A DNA stretch of 64,000 nucleotides from the NCBI RefSeq assembly GCF_009834535.1, contig NC_045696.1:72852001-72916000 (forward strand), written 5' to 3'. The stretch comes from Camelus ferus. Its lineage: Eukaryota. Shown here in pieces: positions 50,753-64,000 of this stretch (positions are counted from its first letter, which is position 1; each line of letters starts with the position of its first letter). The notes beneath the pieces were generated by a model. That model saw nothing but the letters and a program-made list of their open reading frames with translations. It was not told where the DNA came from and did not search any database. Made by a program: the position numbers and the translations under genes.

Positions 50753-53159
50753 ATGAAATAAATGAACATAACTTGAAGTTTAATTTTGGCAGTGTCACTG
50801 ACGTTGATAAACTACTGGCCTGGAAACCCCAGAAGCCTGCTTAGGGCTGATCTTTAGTGTGGAGGGGAGTGGTAGAGTCGGAATGGTGGTAGTGGTATTT
50901 TTGATTAAAAAAAAAATAATACTGAAGAGTAACTTTCCTTTCAAAAGTGACATTTTGAACCAAACATGAAGCCAAAATTCAAAAATCCCCACCTAACAGC
51001 ATCCCTGATATTTGGCTGCTGAAACTCTAGATTCAGAAGCACAGCCAAGAAGTGGGTGCAGATGGGATCAGAGGTTTGCAGTAGGGTGCAGGCTTCTATC
51101 CTCCTGGCTCTTCAAGGGGACTGAAAGATTGGCAAAGAACAGTGAGTTCGTGTTGCACTGATAGCTAGCCGAGATAATTCAGGAGAAAAGAGACTTCTGG
51201 TACAGAACAGCGTGGCCACTCACGCAAGCTGCCTGGGAACAGTCAAGCCACATACCTGACCCCTTACTTCTTACCTCTTCACTTGATGTCAAAGGGCAAA
51301 GATGGCATTGGGAGAAAATTATTTTCACTGCGTAGTAAATACTTCTCCCAGGTTGAGTAGAAGCAGGGTTAGCCTGCCTATCGTATCAATTCTCCAGTGC
51401 ATGTTGTATTGATCCTCATTTTCCAGTGGGGACAGTGTGGGGGTGAGAGCACCTATCTGAAAATTCTCTTAACGTGGTAATTATTTTGTGTCTTATTATT
51501 TTGTATTTTGTATCTTCCATTTTACAGCAAACTTGTACCTATACTAAGAGCCAAAAGCAAACCAGGGTAAAGGTATTCATCTCCGGTAGTAAACTGTACA
51601 CTCCTATGAATTATACACATAACCACAGTGACAAAATTCATTTACTAACTGGAGTTTGCTACCTCAGACAGTTCATTCCCTTCAAGGGCTAGATACAAGT
51701 CTTCCTCCAAATCTGAAGGCTTGCCTTTCAACTTCAATTTTCAATTTGTTGCTGATGGCCTTTTGGTTTTCTCTCTTCTCTGAGGCCCAGTGTTGATCCT
51801 CCTCAGGGGCACCATCTAGGAGGGACAAGGTAAGGAGGTGGCTGTGATGGGGACAGAGGCTTCTGTATGAGTCTCTCCAGTGAGTCAGGGCCCCTCATAA
51901 TGGCTTCTAGAAAGCCAGAGAAGATGAAGATACTGAAAAACCCAAAGTAAGCACGTATGGTTGTAATGGTGGGAAACCAAAGGTACTTAAAGATGCTGAC
52001 AGACTCAAGGTGCATCTGAGTTCTTAGGAAGGTTTCTTGTCCCCAGTTATTTCTTCCTCCAACTTACCTAAATGTCTCTTTTTTAAAGCTTTTCTATTAA
52101 GCCTCCTCTAATCACCTTTCTAGAAATCCCTTCTTCCTCTGAATTCCTAGTGCTTTGATCATTGGTACAGTTTCAAAATGTCACTGTCCTGTATTGCTGG
52201 TCATTATGGCCCTTCTTTCACATGGATTATTCTCTCTTTAAAATTAAGAGCCTTCTCTTGATTCTGAAAATTCCCCACCATTCTCAGAGCAGTGCTGGTT
52301 AATGTGATGCTTAGTACCAACTCAGAGCCTCCCAGGGGAGTGCTGACCCACCTCCGACCTCCACTGACCCTGCTGGATCTGCTTTCACGCCCACCTGGAC
52401 TTCCTCACCACCTGCTCCTACTCTCCAGTCCTAGCACCTCTCTCTGCCCAACAGGGAAACGTTTTCTTTTCTGGTGTCCAACTCTCTTAAGTGGCTGAGA
52501 CCCCAAATGATATTCGTTTTGTCTTATTTTTCAGATTCATTCCATAATCCTCTCATTCACAGAGCACAGGGTCATCTCAGGGGATGAGGACCAAGTGGGT
52601 TCAAATGCCAGTCCTTGGAAACACCAGCCTTCCAGTGACAATCCCTCCTGCTGAGTCTAGTCTATCATGCAAAACTCCTCACTTTGGGCGACTTTTCTCC
52701 CAGGAATGTGATGTTCCTCAGCAGTGCCCTGACCAGTGAGCCCATCAGTTACAACTGTCAAAGTCTGAGTCTCAGCTGCCAAGAGCGTTCAGATTCTCTC
52801 CCATGATGCTCCTGGGCAGCAGGCCAACCCAGTGGCGAGATGCCAGCTGCGTGGCCCCAGCATTCAGCGGCAGTTAGGAGGGCTTTTGCCCCTGGAGCAC
52901 AGGGTGGACCCTGGTTGGGGCGGGGGTACTCCTCGGGCCAATGAGTTAGAATCTTGGTGCTGACATATCCCAAACCTTCCAACCAAGAAATGGAGAAACT
53001 CCTGATAATTAGGGTGGACAGGTTTTCAGTGAGGGTTCCTAAAGGCATGCTGTATAGGGCAATACTTGACACAACACTGTGTTGATAAAGAGGTTTGCTT
53101 CTTTTTAGAATTTGGTTTACTACTGGAGAGCTTTATTGAAAAGGTGCATTGGCCAAGTC

Positions 53160-53430
53160 TTTTTTTATTATTAAAAAAATTCTTTTATTTAAGTATAGTT
53201 GGTTTACAATTTTGTGTTAACTTCTGGTGTACGGAATAGTGAGTGATTCAGCTATATATATATATAAGGATATATATATATATCCTTTTCATATTCTTTT
53301 TTCATTGTAGGCTATTACTAGGTATTGAATATAGTTCCCTGTGCCATATATAGGACCTTGCTGTTCATCTATTTTATATAGAGTAGTTAGTGTCTGTAAA
53401 TCCCAAACTCCCAATTTACCCCTCCAATTC
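53160..53430 (-). mobile_element. Short L1 3' end
   Basis: aagtatagttggtttacaattttgtgttaacttctggtgtac...gaatatagttccctgtgcc...aggaccttgctgttcatcta. Confidence 0.85.
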
Positions 53431-54381
53431 TTTTTATCAGTTTTGTTTCTTTTTAATGTCTGTCTTCTTTGGGAGACAGTGCCAACTTTGACAACTTGTA
53501 TGCATTTGTGGTCGCCCACCCCTTGCAGGTTGCCTTGAACAGCTTGGTTTCTCCTCCCCGTAATGGGCTGTAAGCTCTAACAATAACCAGTCTCCCATTA
53601 TTATTGCTGAAGAATTCCTTCTTGTTGGTTTTATAATAATAATTTTTAAAAAAAATCTGTATTGTTCTGTTTGGCTCTTTTGAGATTCCTAGTATCTCAT
53701 TACATCAGGGGAGTCTTTGTTTCCTCAAGGTAAAAAAACAAAACACAGAAACCCACATATTACTGGCCTTTTTATTTAGCTGTCACAATACCAGCAGTGG
53801 GAGAGTCACTATGCAGAGGAAACAATAGTAACATGGATCACTTCACATTAAAATGGGGTACCTAATTATTGTTTTTAGGGGCAGTTAATGAGTGGTACTT
53901 GTAGGTGATTAAACACATTTGGGTTTGGAAGACCAATGGGGTGAGAAGAAAGCCACTCTGCTTAGTAACAGTGTGGAGAGAGGGAGTTTGAGCACTGCAT
54001 CTGCCTTGAGTCCCATCCCACCCCACCCACAGTGCCTTCTCACGGGTCTAACAATGGGCTGAGAATGCCTGGGAAACCACCCAGCCAACGGAGCCCATTC
54101 ACAAGGGACAACCTGAGTTTGCTGTGTATCATCACAGATTCGGCTTAGCCACCACTGAGAATAAAAAGGACTTAGTGTATTTATAGCTGGTGATGCTGAA
54201 TAGAAGGGCCCTGAAAATGCCAAAGTTCAGGAGTTCCTATCCTCGATCATGCATTGTACTAGGAGTCCCTACCCTGGATCATGTGTTATACCAGATACTG
54301 AGGATACAAAGATACATAATAACCCTCCCCAGCCCTCAGGTAACTCCACCTTGAAGCAAAGATAGACCCACATACACTACT

Positions 54382-54731
54382 TGCTATAGATTAAATGTTT
54401 GTGTCCCCCAAAATTCATATGTGGAATTCTAACCCTCAAGCTGATGGTATTAGGAGGTGGGACATTTGAGAGGTGATTAGGTCATGACTGTGGAACTTTC
54501 TGAATGGGATTGATGCCCTTATAAAAGAGCCCCAGAGAGCTGCCTTCCTCCCTCCCACCATGTGAGGATACAATGAAAAGTCTGCAGCCCAGGAGAGGCC
54601 CCTCACTCAACCATGCTGACACCCTGATCTCGGACTTCCGGCCTCCAGAACGGTGAGACATAAACGTTTGTTGTGTACAAGCCACCCAAGTCTATGGCAT
54701 TTTGTTACAGCAGCCCAAATGATCTAAGACA
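54382..54731 (+). mobile_element. MLT1A0-like MaLR solo LTR nested in an L2
   Basis: tgctatagattaaatgtttgtgtcccccaaaattcatatg...ttgttacagcagcccaaatgatctaagaca. Confidence 0.9.
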
Positions 54732-55019
54732 AACTCTTCACCAAAAAGGCACAATGACATATTAAAACAGAGCTATGACAAAGCATTATGGAAACACGAA
54801 GGTGAGAATGATTAATTCCGGCCAGTTAGGAGACACTGAAGGGGAGCGAGGAAAAGGCTCAGTAGGGAAAGGGGCATTTGAGCTAGGCTTTCAAAGAAGA
54901 GGAAGAGTTCAACAGGTAGAGGATGGACCCTCTGCCAGAGGAACCACAAATAAAATAGCAATGAGATATTAAAGTGTGCAAGAAACAGAGTCCATACTTA
55001 CAAAGCAGTTTCAACTCAC

Positions 55020-55081
55020 CCACGAAGCAGCACTATGTTTATGTGTTCTCAGAGATGCCCCTTTACTTATGGTTTAAGTTG
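55020..55081 (-). other. Candidate 62-nt non-coding exon
   Basis: Acceptor tttaacctatattatctttacag| with a branch-point-like tttaac; donor TGG|gtgagt. Confidence 0.3.
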
Positions 55082-58059
55082 CTGTAAAGATAATATAGGT
55101 TAAATACCTTTCTCTTATCCAGCCAGAGCTTGAAACTCCAGCTTGTACTGTATAAAAACTGCCTGCTCCCCAACTCTATGACCTAAGTCTTTTGCACAAA
55201 TAGTGGGCACTACTTTAAAAAGCAACTTTGGGAAACTTAAATGATAAAATGAAAAGAAAGCAGTTCAAAAATAGGATATTTCTTCATCGGAATCCACTAT
55301 TCAGCAGAGCCCCTTGGCCAATATTTCATTTACTCTCTCTGCCCAACCCTAAGCAGTAGGGCTACAAAGATGAATTCAATGTGGTCTCTCCCCTCTAGGA
55401 GCCCGCAAATAAGCAAACAAAAATAAAATGGCTGAAAACAAGACACGGGTTTGTTTTGTTGTTACTAAAGAGCTTGAACTGGTTAATGAGGGTGCTTTCA
55501 CCTGTCCAGGGCAACAGAAGAAAAACCTCTCAACTTTAGCCTTCATATCCTCAGTGCATCCTTTGCAATTGCTCCATGCCTTCTCACTGCACGAGTCTGC
55601 AATTCTAGGGTGACATAGGGTCACCCCATCTCACCAGAGTGTGTTTTAATTTTCGTAACAGTAAATGTATTTAAATTGTGTACATGGCAATGTTGTTCCT
55701 CTGTGATCTGGCAGTAAATGGTAGTCAGGTTATTTAAATGCCTTTACCCATATGTCAATTCCATAAGATGTTTTACCAGTTCTTTAAGTACAAAAAGTAT
55801 GAAAACTTTTAGTCCACACCATGCCAAACAAAACTGATTTGCTGATTCTTTTTGAATGCATTTGCTAATCATTTTAATACATTGTTAGATCCTTGTTGAA
55901 AACAGATTTAGTAGACTAGTAATTAATTATTAACAGGCTAGAAATATAATTACAAAGAAGGCAGACCAGGATTTAAAATATTGACTGTAGTACCCACAAA
56001 GAGAAAAAAAAAAAGATTACAAAACATTATGTTTAGATACGTGTCAATACACATCTTTCATGCATATTTACACGTACATTAATGAAGGAAAAGAACTGAA
56101 TGGAGAGCATAATATATCCCAAGAGGTAGAATGATGGAGTTTTTTTTTCCCTTTTACTTATCTGCATTTTATAATTTTTCTATTATGGATCTATATTGCT
56201 CATAAGAAAAATCATTTATATTTAAACAAAAAGAAATGTATGTTGATTTCCTAAGAAGGCACTATAAACATATCCATCAAGTTTTTTTGGTTTTTTTAAT
56301 GAAAATTTTAACCCAATAATCTTTCTTCCTTGGCTGACGGGAGGCAGGACTTTGTGAAATAGGTAAGATGATCCTCATGGTTCAGATGAAAAGAAGGAGG
56401 CTCAGAAAACTCCATTCACTTGTTATTCAAAAAATGCTCACAGCGCCCGAGAGCCAGACGTTCCCAGCGTGACCAGGTCTCCGTCTCTCCCCGCCAGGAT
56501 CCCACGGACTGGTCAGTCAGCATTCATGAATTGGTTCAAAGCTAAAGAAGCGACAGAGCCAGGACGTGAATCCAGGTTCTTCTGCTTTCGGGACTCAGAT
56601 TCTTTTCACTGGAGTCCTGCTGTTCCTACCCATGTGTTCAGGAACTAGTTGACAATTTTAGGGCCCCCAAGGCAGGCACGAAAGGAGGATGGCCGCACTT
56701 AGTCTTTCCTAACTTCAGCTCCTACTTTGCAATTACGACCCGCCGTCCCCAAACACAGGGTCTCCACCTCTCATCATGAGTAAAAATAAAAGAATTTATC
56801 ATATATCCACTTCCATCATGTTACTTCAGTGCTTAGAAATTTTTCAAGGATTCCTGGTTGCCTACAGGCTTGGTCATTCGAGGCCCCCCACTGCCTGTCC
56901 CGTGCTCCCCACTACCCTTCCCGCCGCGCCCTCTCATCTGCGAGTGCCTCGTCCATCAGTAAGTCCAATTCCTGGGCTATACCTCTTTATCGGCTCCATG
57001 GCTTTGGTCAGCTTGCTTAATATCATTAATTCTCATTTCCTCATTTCTAGAAGGGAATAATTGTAACTCATCAGAATTTATTAAGCGTTAAATAAAATGT
57101 TTCCTATGGAGCACTTAGCAAAGTGCCAGCCCACAGTAAAATGATCTGTCATGTGAATTGTTGCTATTATTATGGTTGTTACTGTTGTTAATCTCTCGCT
57201 TTTTGCTTTTCCATTTCCATACCATTGTTTATACTTTTTCTTTCCTCCTTCTCATAATTCAAACCTAAACCATTTAAACCCCAGATCCTACCTGAAAGCC
57301 CTACAGGGCAGTCCTAGCCCACAGCAAACACTCCCTCCTCTGCATCCTTCTGTACCGACCGCAGTGTTGTACTGACAGCGGCAGGTTAACTGGGTAGTTA
57401 TATTTCAGGCTCAGGTGTCAAAGGACCTAAATTCAAGTCCCTGCTGTACTGCTCACTAGCTGCAGACGAGTTATTTCACTCAGAGTTGTTCAGTCACATG
57501 GGGCTGACCTGGAGAGAGGCCACCAGGCTTGTGGCTGCACCCCTCGTCCCAGAGTCTGCTGGGCACTGTGGCTGGGCTGTCAGAGTCCTGCCGCCAGCCC
57601 TGCAGTGCATCACCTGCTCTTTTTGGGACTGGGCTGCCTAGATACACCGGGATAGCTAGATATTCAGAGGCTGGGAATCCTCAACCAAAACCGGCTACCA
57701 GTCCTTTGAAATCACATCATCAAAAGTCAATCAGTCACAAACTTGCAGTACAACCATATCGCAAAGCCCTAAGTTTAAAGTTATTGTATTATAATGAAGT
57801 GGCCATGGTCAGCTTTATGGCAACGACCTCCATTATATAATTACTTTAGAAGACAGTTTTGTGACCAAAGAAAGGAAGATTAGTCAAAAAGTAGTTTTGT
57901 CTGGAAAGGCCTCAGCCTCAAATGGGAATTGTTCATAGGCCCTACTAAGACCTGCCTCAAGTTTATGTCTTGCCTAAAGCCCCATGCACGTAGTAGGTAT
58001 ACAATATATGCTAGTAATTGATTTATCAATTAAAAGATGGGTTTTATTTAAAAAGAATA

Positions 58060-58580
58060 GGAAAATTGACATCTTTGACTCAGTAACTCTACTTGTTAGA
58101 AATTTCAGCTAGAAATAGATTCACACTTGTGTGGGAAAAAAAAAAAGTTTGTAACTGTAATTCAAAAAGAAAGAGACACTTCAGTGCCTATCAATAGAGG
58201 AATGAGTGAGTTGTGGTGACTCCACACTAAGGAATACTATGCAGAGACTCAAATATGTACTGACTTGGAAAAATCTCTAAGACATATTTTAAAGTAAAGG
58301 GGGGAAAAAAAGCAAATTAAAAAAAAAAAAGACATACTGCATTTCTATTTGTTTATTTTTTAAATTGCCAAAGAATTTATATTCCTATGTAAATGTGAAA
58401 GAAAAGTCAAAAGATACAGAGCAAGCTTCTGACAGTAGCCACGTACCTCTAAGATGGGGAAAGACAGCGTGTGCGGTCATGTCTGAGCCAGGGAGCTGGA
58501 GGGGCGGGGATGGGAGTATTCTGTGAATCTTTTACAATAGTACTATATTTGTGTATTGCCTATGTAATAAAAAAGACAAA
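58060..58580 (+). mobile_element. L1ME-like 3' fragment
   Basis: tttgactcagtaactctacttgttagaaatt...tgcctatcaatagaggaatga. Confidence 0.6.
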
Positions 58581-59103
58581 AAACAGACTGTTAAAGGGTA
58601 ATAAACAATTTAAATTTTGTTAGAAGTAATTTCCGAAATGATGCAGGCAAAAACATATTTGCCAAAGCATGACCAGCAAAGAAATTGATTATTTCAAATC
58701 TCTTATTTGCCTCTGTGTGTGTGTGTGTGGCTTAAAGGCTGGTTTCCCTGAGGTCATTATGTTTACACAGCCACTTCACTCTGCCTTATCTGAGAATAAA
58801 TTCCTCTGCTAATGTGTTTTTAAAAATTAGAAAGTTTCCTTACTTAAAAGCCACCAATCAACGGGATTGACATTAACAAGTGTGCTGAGTACAGCCTGAT
58901 TTAGGTGGAATGGCAGGCCCAGGAAATGAAAAATTTGCAACACACGGCATCTCAGAAGGTGAGAACAGTACTTCACAACAGAGTTCCCTTTATCTTTCCA
59001 AGAGAGAGCCTTTTAGGATAGAAGCTGTCTAATTCTTCCAGTTCATCCTGGTGAAGCCAGGCTGTGTTCACCTGCTCCCCTCAGAGTCCCCTTGAGGGCT
59101 CAC

Positions 59104-59342
59104 CTGCCGGCACGTCACCACAGCTCTGCCTGCAGTGGCTGAGAGGGCGAGGCCCCGGGGGCGCTGCTCCTCTTAGCCTGCGTGCTGCATCTTGCTCTGA
59201 GACCCGGAGGAGGCTTTGTGGGCTCACAACTTTCAGACAGACGAGCCGCTAAAGTCAACAGCAGGGGAGAAGACCACCAGGCCACACACCTAAAAGACAC
59301 CTACATTTCAAACACGAGCACATGTCAAGATGGTTTAAGACT
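59104..59342 (-). other. Candidate distal non-coding first exon
   Basis: Donor CAG|gtgagc at 59104/59103; Inr-like TCAGT around 59342; GC/CpG-enriched unique sequence. The start position is inferred. Confidence 0.55.
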
Positions 59343-62199
59343 GATTAACGTAGTCTCAGTGCCGTCAGAAGCCTCACTCCCCACCCCTAGACGAGTTTCT
59401 CTTTCTTCTTCCCCCTTCCTCAAAACACCAGTAATCAGACAGCAATTGTCCCAGAAATCTCAGAAATACAGGGGGGACGGTGGAGCATCCGGACTAGAAC
59501 GCTGCAGGACAGCAAGGAGAAACTCTGCCACAGACGGGAAAACGTGCCTCTTGTTCATAGCATATCTAGTAATAAAGATGGGGAAATGTGTTTCAGCTAG
59601 TAACATTATCAAAAGGACGGTTGAGCAGGTTATTTTTTGTTACAGGCTAGTTTTAGAAAGTGTTTTCATCTGTCAAATAAGTTCTAAACATCAAAATATG
59701 ATTTTGTTTGAGTCCGTAATTCATCAAGAGGTCAGTCACATGCATCATGGGGTTATACGGCTTGGGCTCCAGTGGAAGGGAAGGCTGGCAATTGTCTACA
59801 TAAATCAGGTTTTTCAATCTGAGTAAGGCCGACGGATTGATTAACGGACTTCTACTGATTTTAGACCTGCTTTTAATCTGTCTTGAAGTAGATTTTTCAG
59901 TGAAATACTATTTGCTTAATTGTCTATTGTCTGAAATCCACAGGAACACAGACTAGAGTGAGTGTATTTCGCTTTTCCTCTCTTTGGGATCTTTTTAGGG
60001 CAAAGAAAAGTCAGAGTAGGGAAGGGTTTGGCATGTAGCTCCTTCTGCCCCCACCCCCACCCCCATACAGGAGTCTCCATATAGTCCTTCTTGACTAAAC
60101 TTGGGGCTTTCTCACAACATTCATTCTTCCTATGAGAAATGGTAAGAGAACACGCTGGTCTTTTCCTGCAACAATTCTTACACCAAACCTCACTTTTAAG
60201 TGTAAGATCTGGAAAGAAACTGTGGACCTCAACATGAGAACACTGGGCTATCAGATTTCCATTTTGGTCTGTTTCTGGCTTGATTTGATTAAAGTCCACT
60301 CAGACTATACATCCAGCGTCTCATTTCTCATTCTTCTACCACTGTTTAATCCTTAATTTCCTCTTCTGCTGGAATGCTTCATGCTGAATGATTGGATTAA
60401 ACTCACAGCACTTCAGGATGTGCTGAAATCAGCTTGGTGGTCCAAGACTCCTTTAACTGATAAGTGGAGTTTCCACATTTCTCTGTATTAAATGTTGCCT
60501 CCTCCTTATTTTCTTTAGTTATTACAAGCTGTTTTCAAAGAAGACAGACTTTTGCAGAAAAAGGTCTGTCTCTTTTTCAGGGAGAGGGATCCTGGGAGAA
60601 CACCGCTTACTATTTTTTTTTCCCTCCAAAACAAGCATTGCATTTATTCTTTGTCTCCAGCTTTCACAGACTTTTTGTCTTTTCTCTCCTTTAGATCTGT
60701 GTATATTCACAACACCTGTCTCTCCGGGAAGTACATATCCCGTTTCTTCAGCTCACTAGAAGTAGACATATATATTATTTCCCTAAGGGTTAGAGAAAGC
60801 TATCAGAACTTGGCAACATATAAAGTAAATACCCACTAATTGCAATACATTCATTTAAATCAGGTCTTTATCCTCCTTAGGCATTGTCGTAGGTGGCTTC
60901 CTTTGAAGTCTTGTTGAATTTGTCCAAAATTACCTTGCCTGAGGCAGATGGCTGTTTGGAACATTTGTTCAGAACCGATCCCCAAAGCAGTAAATCTTAG
61001 CGTTGGTAACGGCTCACATGCCACAAAGAGGAAATGTCCTGGGTAGGGCAGGGATCCAGACTTAGATCCCCCCATTGTATGTGAAGAAAAGAAAGAGAAA
61101 GGGAGAGATAACTGCACAACTCTCAGGGATATGATGCTATTGTACGACTTTGATGATGTTATAAACCACAAACCCTATACGTTACTGAAATACATAACCC
61201 AAAGCCTGCCAGTGAACTGCTTTCCTCTTCTTCCTGCTGCACCCATCCATCCATGCGTGCATCTCTCATTTAACAATGATTTTGTTGGTGTTATTTGTTT
61301 ATTTGTTTGCTTGCTTGCTTTAAACACAAGTAGCTTATACACCCTCATTATTTTAAACAATCCTGGGAATTTTATTTTACCCATATGAGAAAACCATGCT
61401 CTATCGATAACAAGATATCGTAACTATCATAGACTCACATGGTCTCCACAAATACACTGATAACCTGATGCAAACAATCACGTTCCAAGATCTTCAGACA
61501 CAATCAAGCCTTTGTTCAGGCTGCGTTTCATACTTCTTCTACCGAGTACATAAAACGGCTATCAAGTTTTTCAGTCTGTTGCAAGGCTTTGCTTCTGTTA
61601 TATCAGAAACTCCTCTGCAGTAGGCAAAGGAGCAATCTGAACTTGGAGCAAATGACTCTTCTAGTTAATTGTCATGGAGACAGCCTTAAGTCATGGCCTT
61701 CTTGAGTAAGGGAGGGAATCCAAATCAGGTTGTGGAACACTTATACATTGCACAAGTTAAGAGCCATTTAAAAGCACATCAGGGGATGCACTGGGTAAGA
61801 ACAAGTCATTCAAGTGATGTTCCGGTAACATCTCCATCTTTGGGTGATGGTAAATGATGCAGCATGAATAAGAGTTAGGAACTTCATCACAGTATCAAGC
61901 TAAAGTTTGTGAGTTCAAATGAGGGAGTGAAGCAAGAAAGAAGGTGACAGGAGAACCAGTAAGCAAGTGATTTTACTCAATAAAAATGAGAAAATTCCCA
62001 GGATGATGGTGAAGGGAGATTGTAGAGGACAACAGTTGTGTAGCAGACCAGGGGAATTGTCTGTGCAGGTTACAGCTGGTGGCAGACTCTGGGAGAATGA
62101 ATCCAAGAATATGAAATTGATTGAGTACCTGTTGTGCTTAAATACATGAACAAAAGAGCTGGACAACTGGGGAGTATGTGAAGATAAATTAATATTAAA

Positions 62200-63262
62200 T
62201 ATCTAGAAAGCTAAACCAAACTAAAAAAAAAAAGGCAAGTAGAAAGCTATTATTATTAACGTCAGAGATAACAAACCGTTATAAAAGATGCTGTAAAAAG
62301 AAATGAATATCTTTACTTATTATTGTGTTGTGCTCTCCATGATACATTGTTAAGTTAGATGTTTCCATTTCTCTAAGAATACTCATTTGATTATATTAAA
62401 AATAAAACAAGGGAAAGATCAGTCATAAAATAAAAACTTATAAAGATTACTTATAGGGCAGAAGACATAATGGCTAGACATTTCTGAACATATATTGTTT
62501 TATAGACTTGACTTTGAAGCCAAGTTAACATTTTACATAATCACTAAGCAAAATTCAATTTTAAAATGCAATCTCTGAAAAACTCAAAAGTAAAATGAAA
62601 CAGATGAACCTCAGTGTATAAATGGCATAACCTTACAGAGAGGAACTATTCCAAATGACTTTCACAACACAGTTATGTGACTATATGTTTAGCAGGATAT
62701 AGTCTAAGGACAGCAGTTTTCACTAATTATATTATAGTAGCAATAGTAGTGTTGGTATTGTTAACCCCAAACTATTATATAGTTATATTTGTGTATCTGA
62801 AAACTGGAATTTTCAGTATGAATAAAAAGATAAATATGTAAGATCAGTGTGGTTAAGAAAAACTTCTGGATCTGAATTGCAAGTATCGGTATGAACCTGT
62901 ATATTTTATCTCAAAGATATATATATATATCTCCTGAAAAAAGGCCTAGACAGAATGACCAACCCAGTAGCAATAAGCACCACTAGTGTCCAGACAGTGC
63001 TCTCTAAATACCATTTCCCATTAAAATGAACCAGTGCTCTCTAGAGATTCTCAATTCCATGTCTGGGGTAGAAATTGTGTAAGATAATCCTGGAACATCT
63101 TGTCACACCAGAAAACAAAGACTCTATCAAAGATTACTGAGGTTGTATCAGAAGGACCCAGGAGCCAACCTGAAGAGGCTTCCACTGGCTGAAGAAGGGA
63201 TAAACTGAGCATCAATAAGGACAGTAACTGCACCAGATGGAAATAGATCAACAACGCTCTTG
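62200..63262 (+). mobile_element. L1MC-like 3' region
   Basis: aatgaccaacccagtagcaataagcacc...ccaggagccaacctgaagaggcttccactggc...aactgagcatcaataaggac. Confidence 0.75.
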
Positions 63263-63449
63263 GCACAGACCCATTAGTGGACTTTATTATTATGGTAATT
63301 CTTCAGAAGCTCATCTAGTGATCTCTTTCTCCCTTGAATGTCTTTGATGCTTACTGCCCATAAGATTCATTTGATAATGAACACCGTGCCACCTTATTTT
63401 ACTTCTAATCATAGTCTGCCTCTTGTGTGCCTTTTTAAAACTGACATAT

Positions 63450-63900
63450 CTTAAAGGAAAATCAATATATAAAAATATTTTTTAAAAATGCCAAAAAGTA
63501 TAAATAAAAGCAATTCTTCCTTTACACACACATTCCATACCTCCTACAATTATCCCCAGTCCATCTCCCCAAAAGTAACTTCTATCATATTTCTTGTAGG
63601 GCATTTTTTAAAAACTATGCTTGTCTAAGCATACACATACATTTATAGATATCCTTTTCCTCTAAAAACTTGTAAAAGTAAAATAATACCTATTATTTTG
63701 CTTTTCTTAATCTAAAATAATACACCTTGAGGCTCTTTATATCCTAATATATCCAGAGCGCCCTAATTCTTCTTAGTGGGTAAACAGTATCCCATTCTAT
63801 AGATGTCTCATAAAATGTGTATCTAGTTCTACACTGATGAAAAGCTAGGCTTGTTCATGTTTTAGGCTATCTTTTCTATGTGATGTTCCTATTTCACTTC
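63450..63900 (-). mobile_element. L1ME-like fragment
   Basis: aattcttcttagtgggtaaacagtatcccattctatagatgtctcataa antisense L1 3' motif. Confidence 0.6.
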
Positions 63901-64000
63901 ACACATGTTTATAACTTACTTGATTATGAGCTCTCTTTAGGGCATGAAGTCTGTTGCATGTTTCTTTACATTACACATTTCACACACTAGAAACTAATGC

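Larger units (their letters stand above)
1..59342 (-). other. ZBTB38: 5' non-coding portion (alternative first exons, 5'UTR exons, introns) of a minus-strand gene; tentatively ZBTB38, CDS outside the window to the left
   Basis: Seen: a series of minus-strand AG/GT-bounded exon candidates, none convincingly coding. Recalled, not verified: human ZBTB38 has a ~240-nt distal first exon, a ~45-kb first intron, then closely spaced UTR exons. Here there is a ~239-nt exon, a ~50-kb gap, then 145-nt and 266-nt exons. No coding sequence is present to confirm the identity. Confidence 0.45.

Noticed and set aside
50529..50798. Low-complexity ORFs on both strands
   Set aside because: Translation of a microsatellite.
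52061..52070. Minus-strand donor TAG|gtaagt
   Set aside because: No plausible acceptor or promoter upstream.
1..64000. A novel multi-gene or prokaryote-like system
   Set aside because: No coding exon, operon, transposase ORF or intact provirus can be supported; the remaining ORF-track entries look like chance ORFs in intronic DNA.

Overview
Mammalian genomic DNA, most likely camelid (a Vic-1-type tRNA-derived SINE at the left end and young L1 3' ends; no Alu, B1, Bov-A/B or PRE-1 recognised). No credible protein-coding exon, RNA gene or CRISPR array is present. Ancient repeats (MIR, L2, L3/CR1, L1M, MLT1, LTR16, MER5/MER81/MER102) and a few younger L1 copies are interspersed with unique, motif-rich blocks. 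Well-formed splice-site pairs are concentrated on the minus strand and look like the long non-coding 5' region of a gene with several promoters. These are a distal first exon at ~59342-59104, a MEF2/TATA-like first exon at ~16340-16181, a promoter zone at ~8900-10700, and UTR exons at 8751-8607 and 8489-8224; any CDS would lie beyond the left edge. From memory of the human exon layout this resembles the 5' half of ZBTB38, which is unverified. The main observations are: (i) an L1 with a twin-priming 5' inversion and an apparent 3' transduction that sits inside a candidate 50-nt exon; (ii) a uORF with a stop-free, frame-preserving 117-nt intron; (iii) a divergent TATA/Inr antisense first exon; (iv) a purine microsatellite acting as the polypyrimidine tract of a candidate exon. 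Repeat family names come from recall of consensus motifs and their boundaries are approximate.
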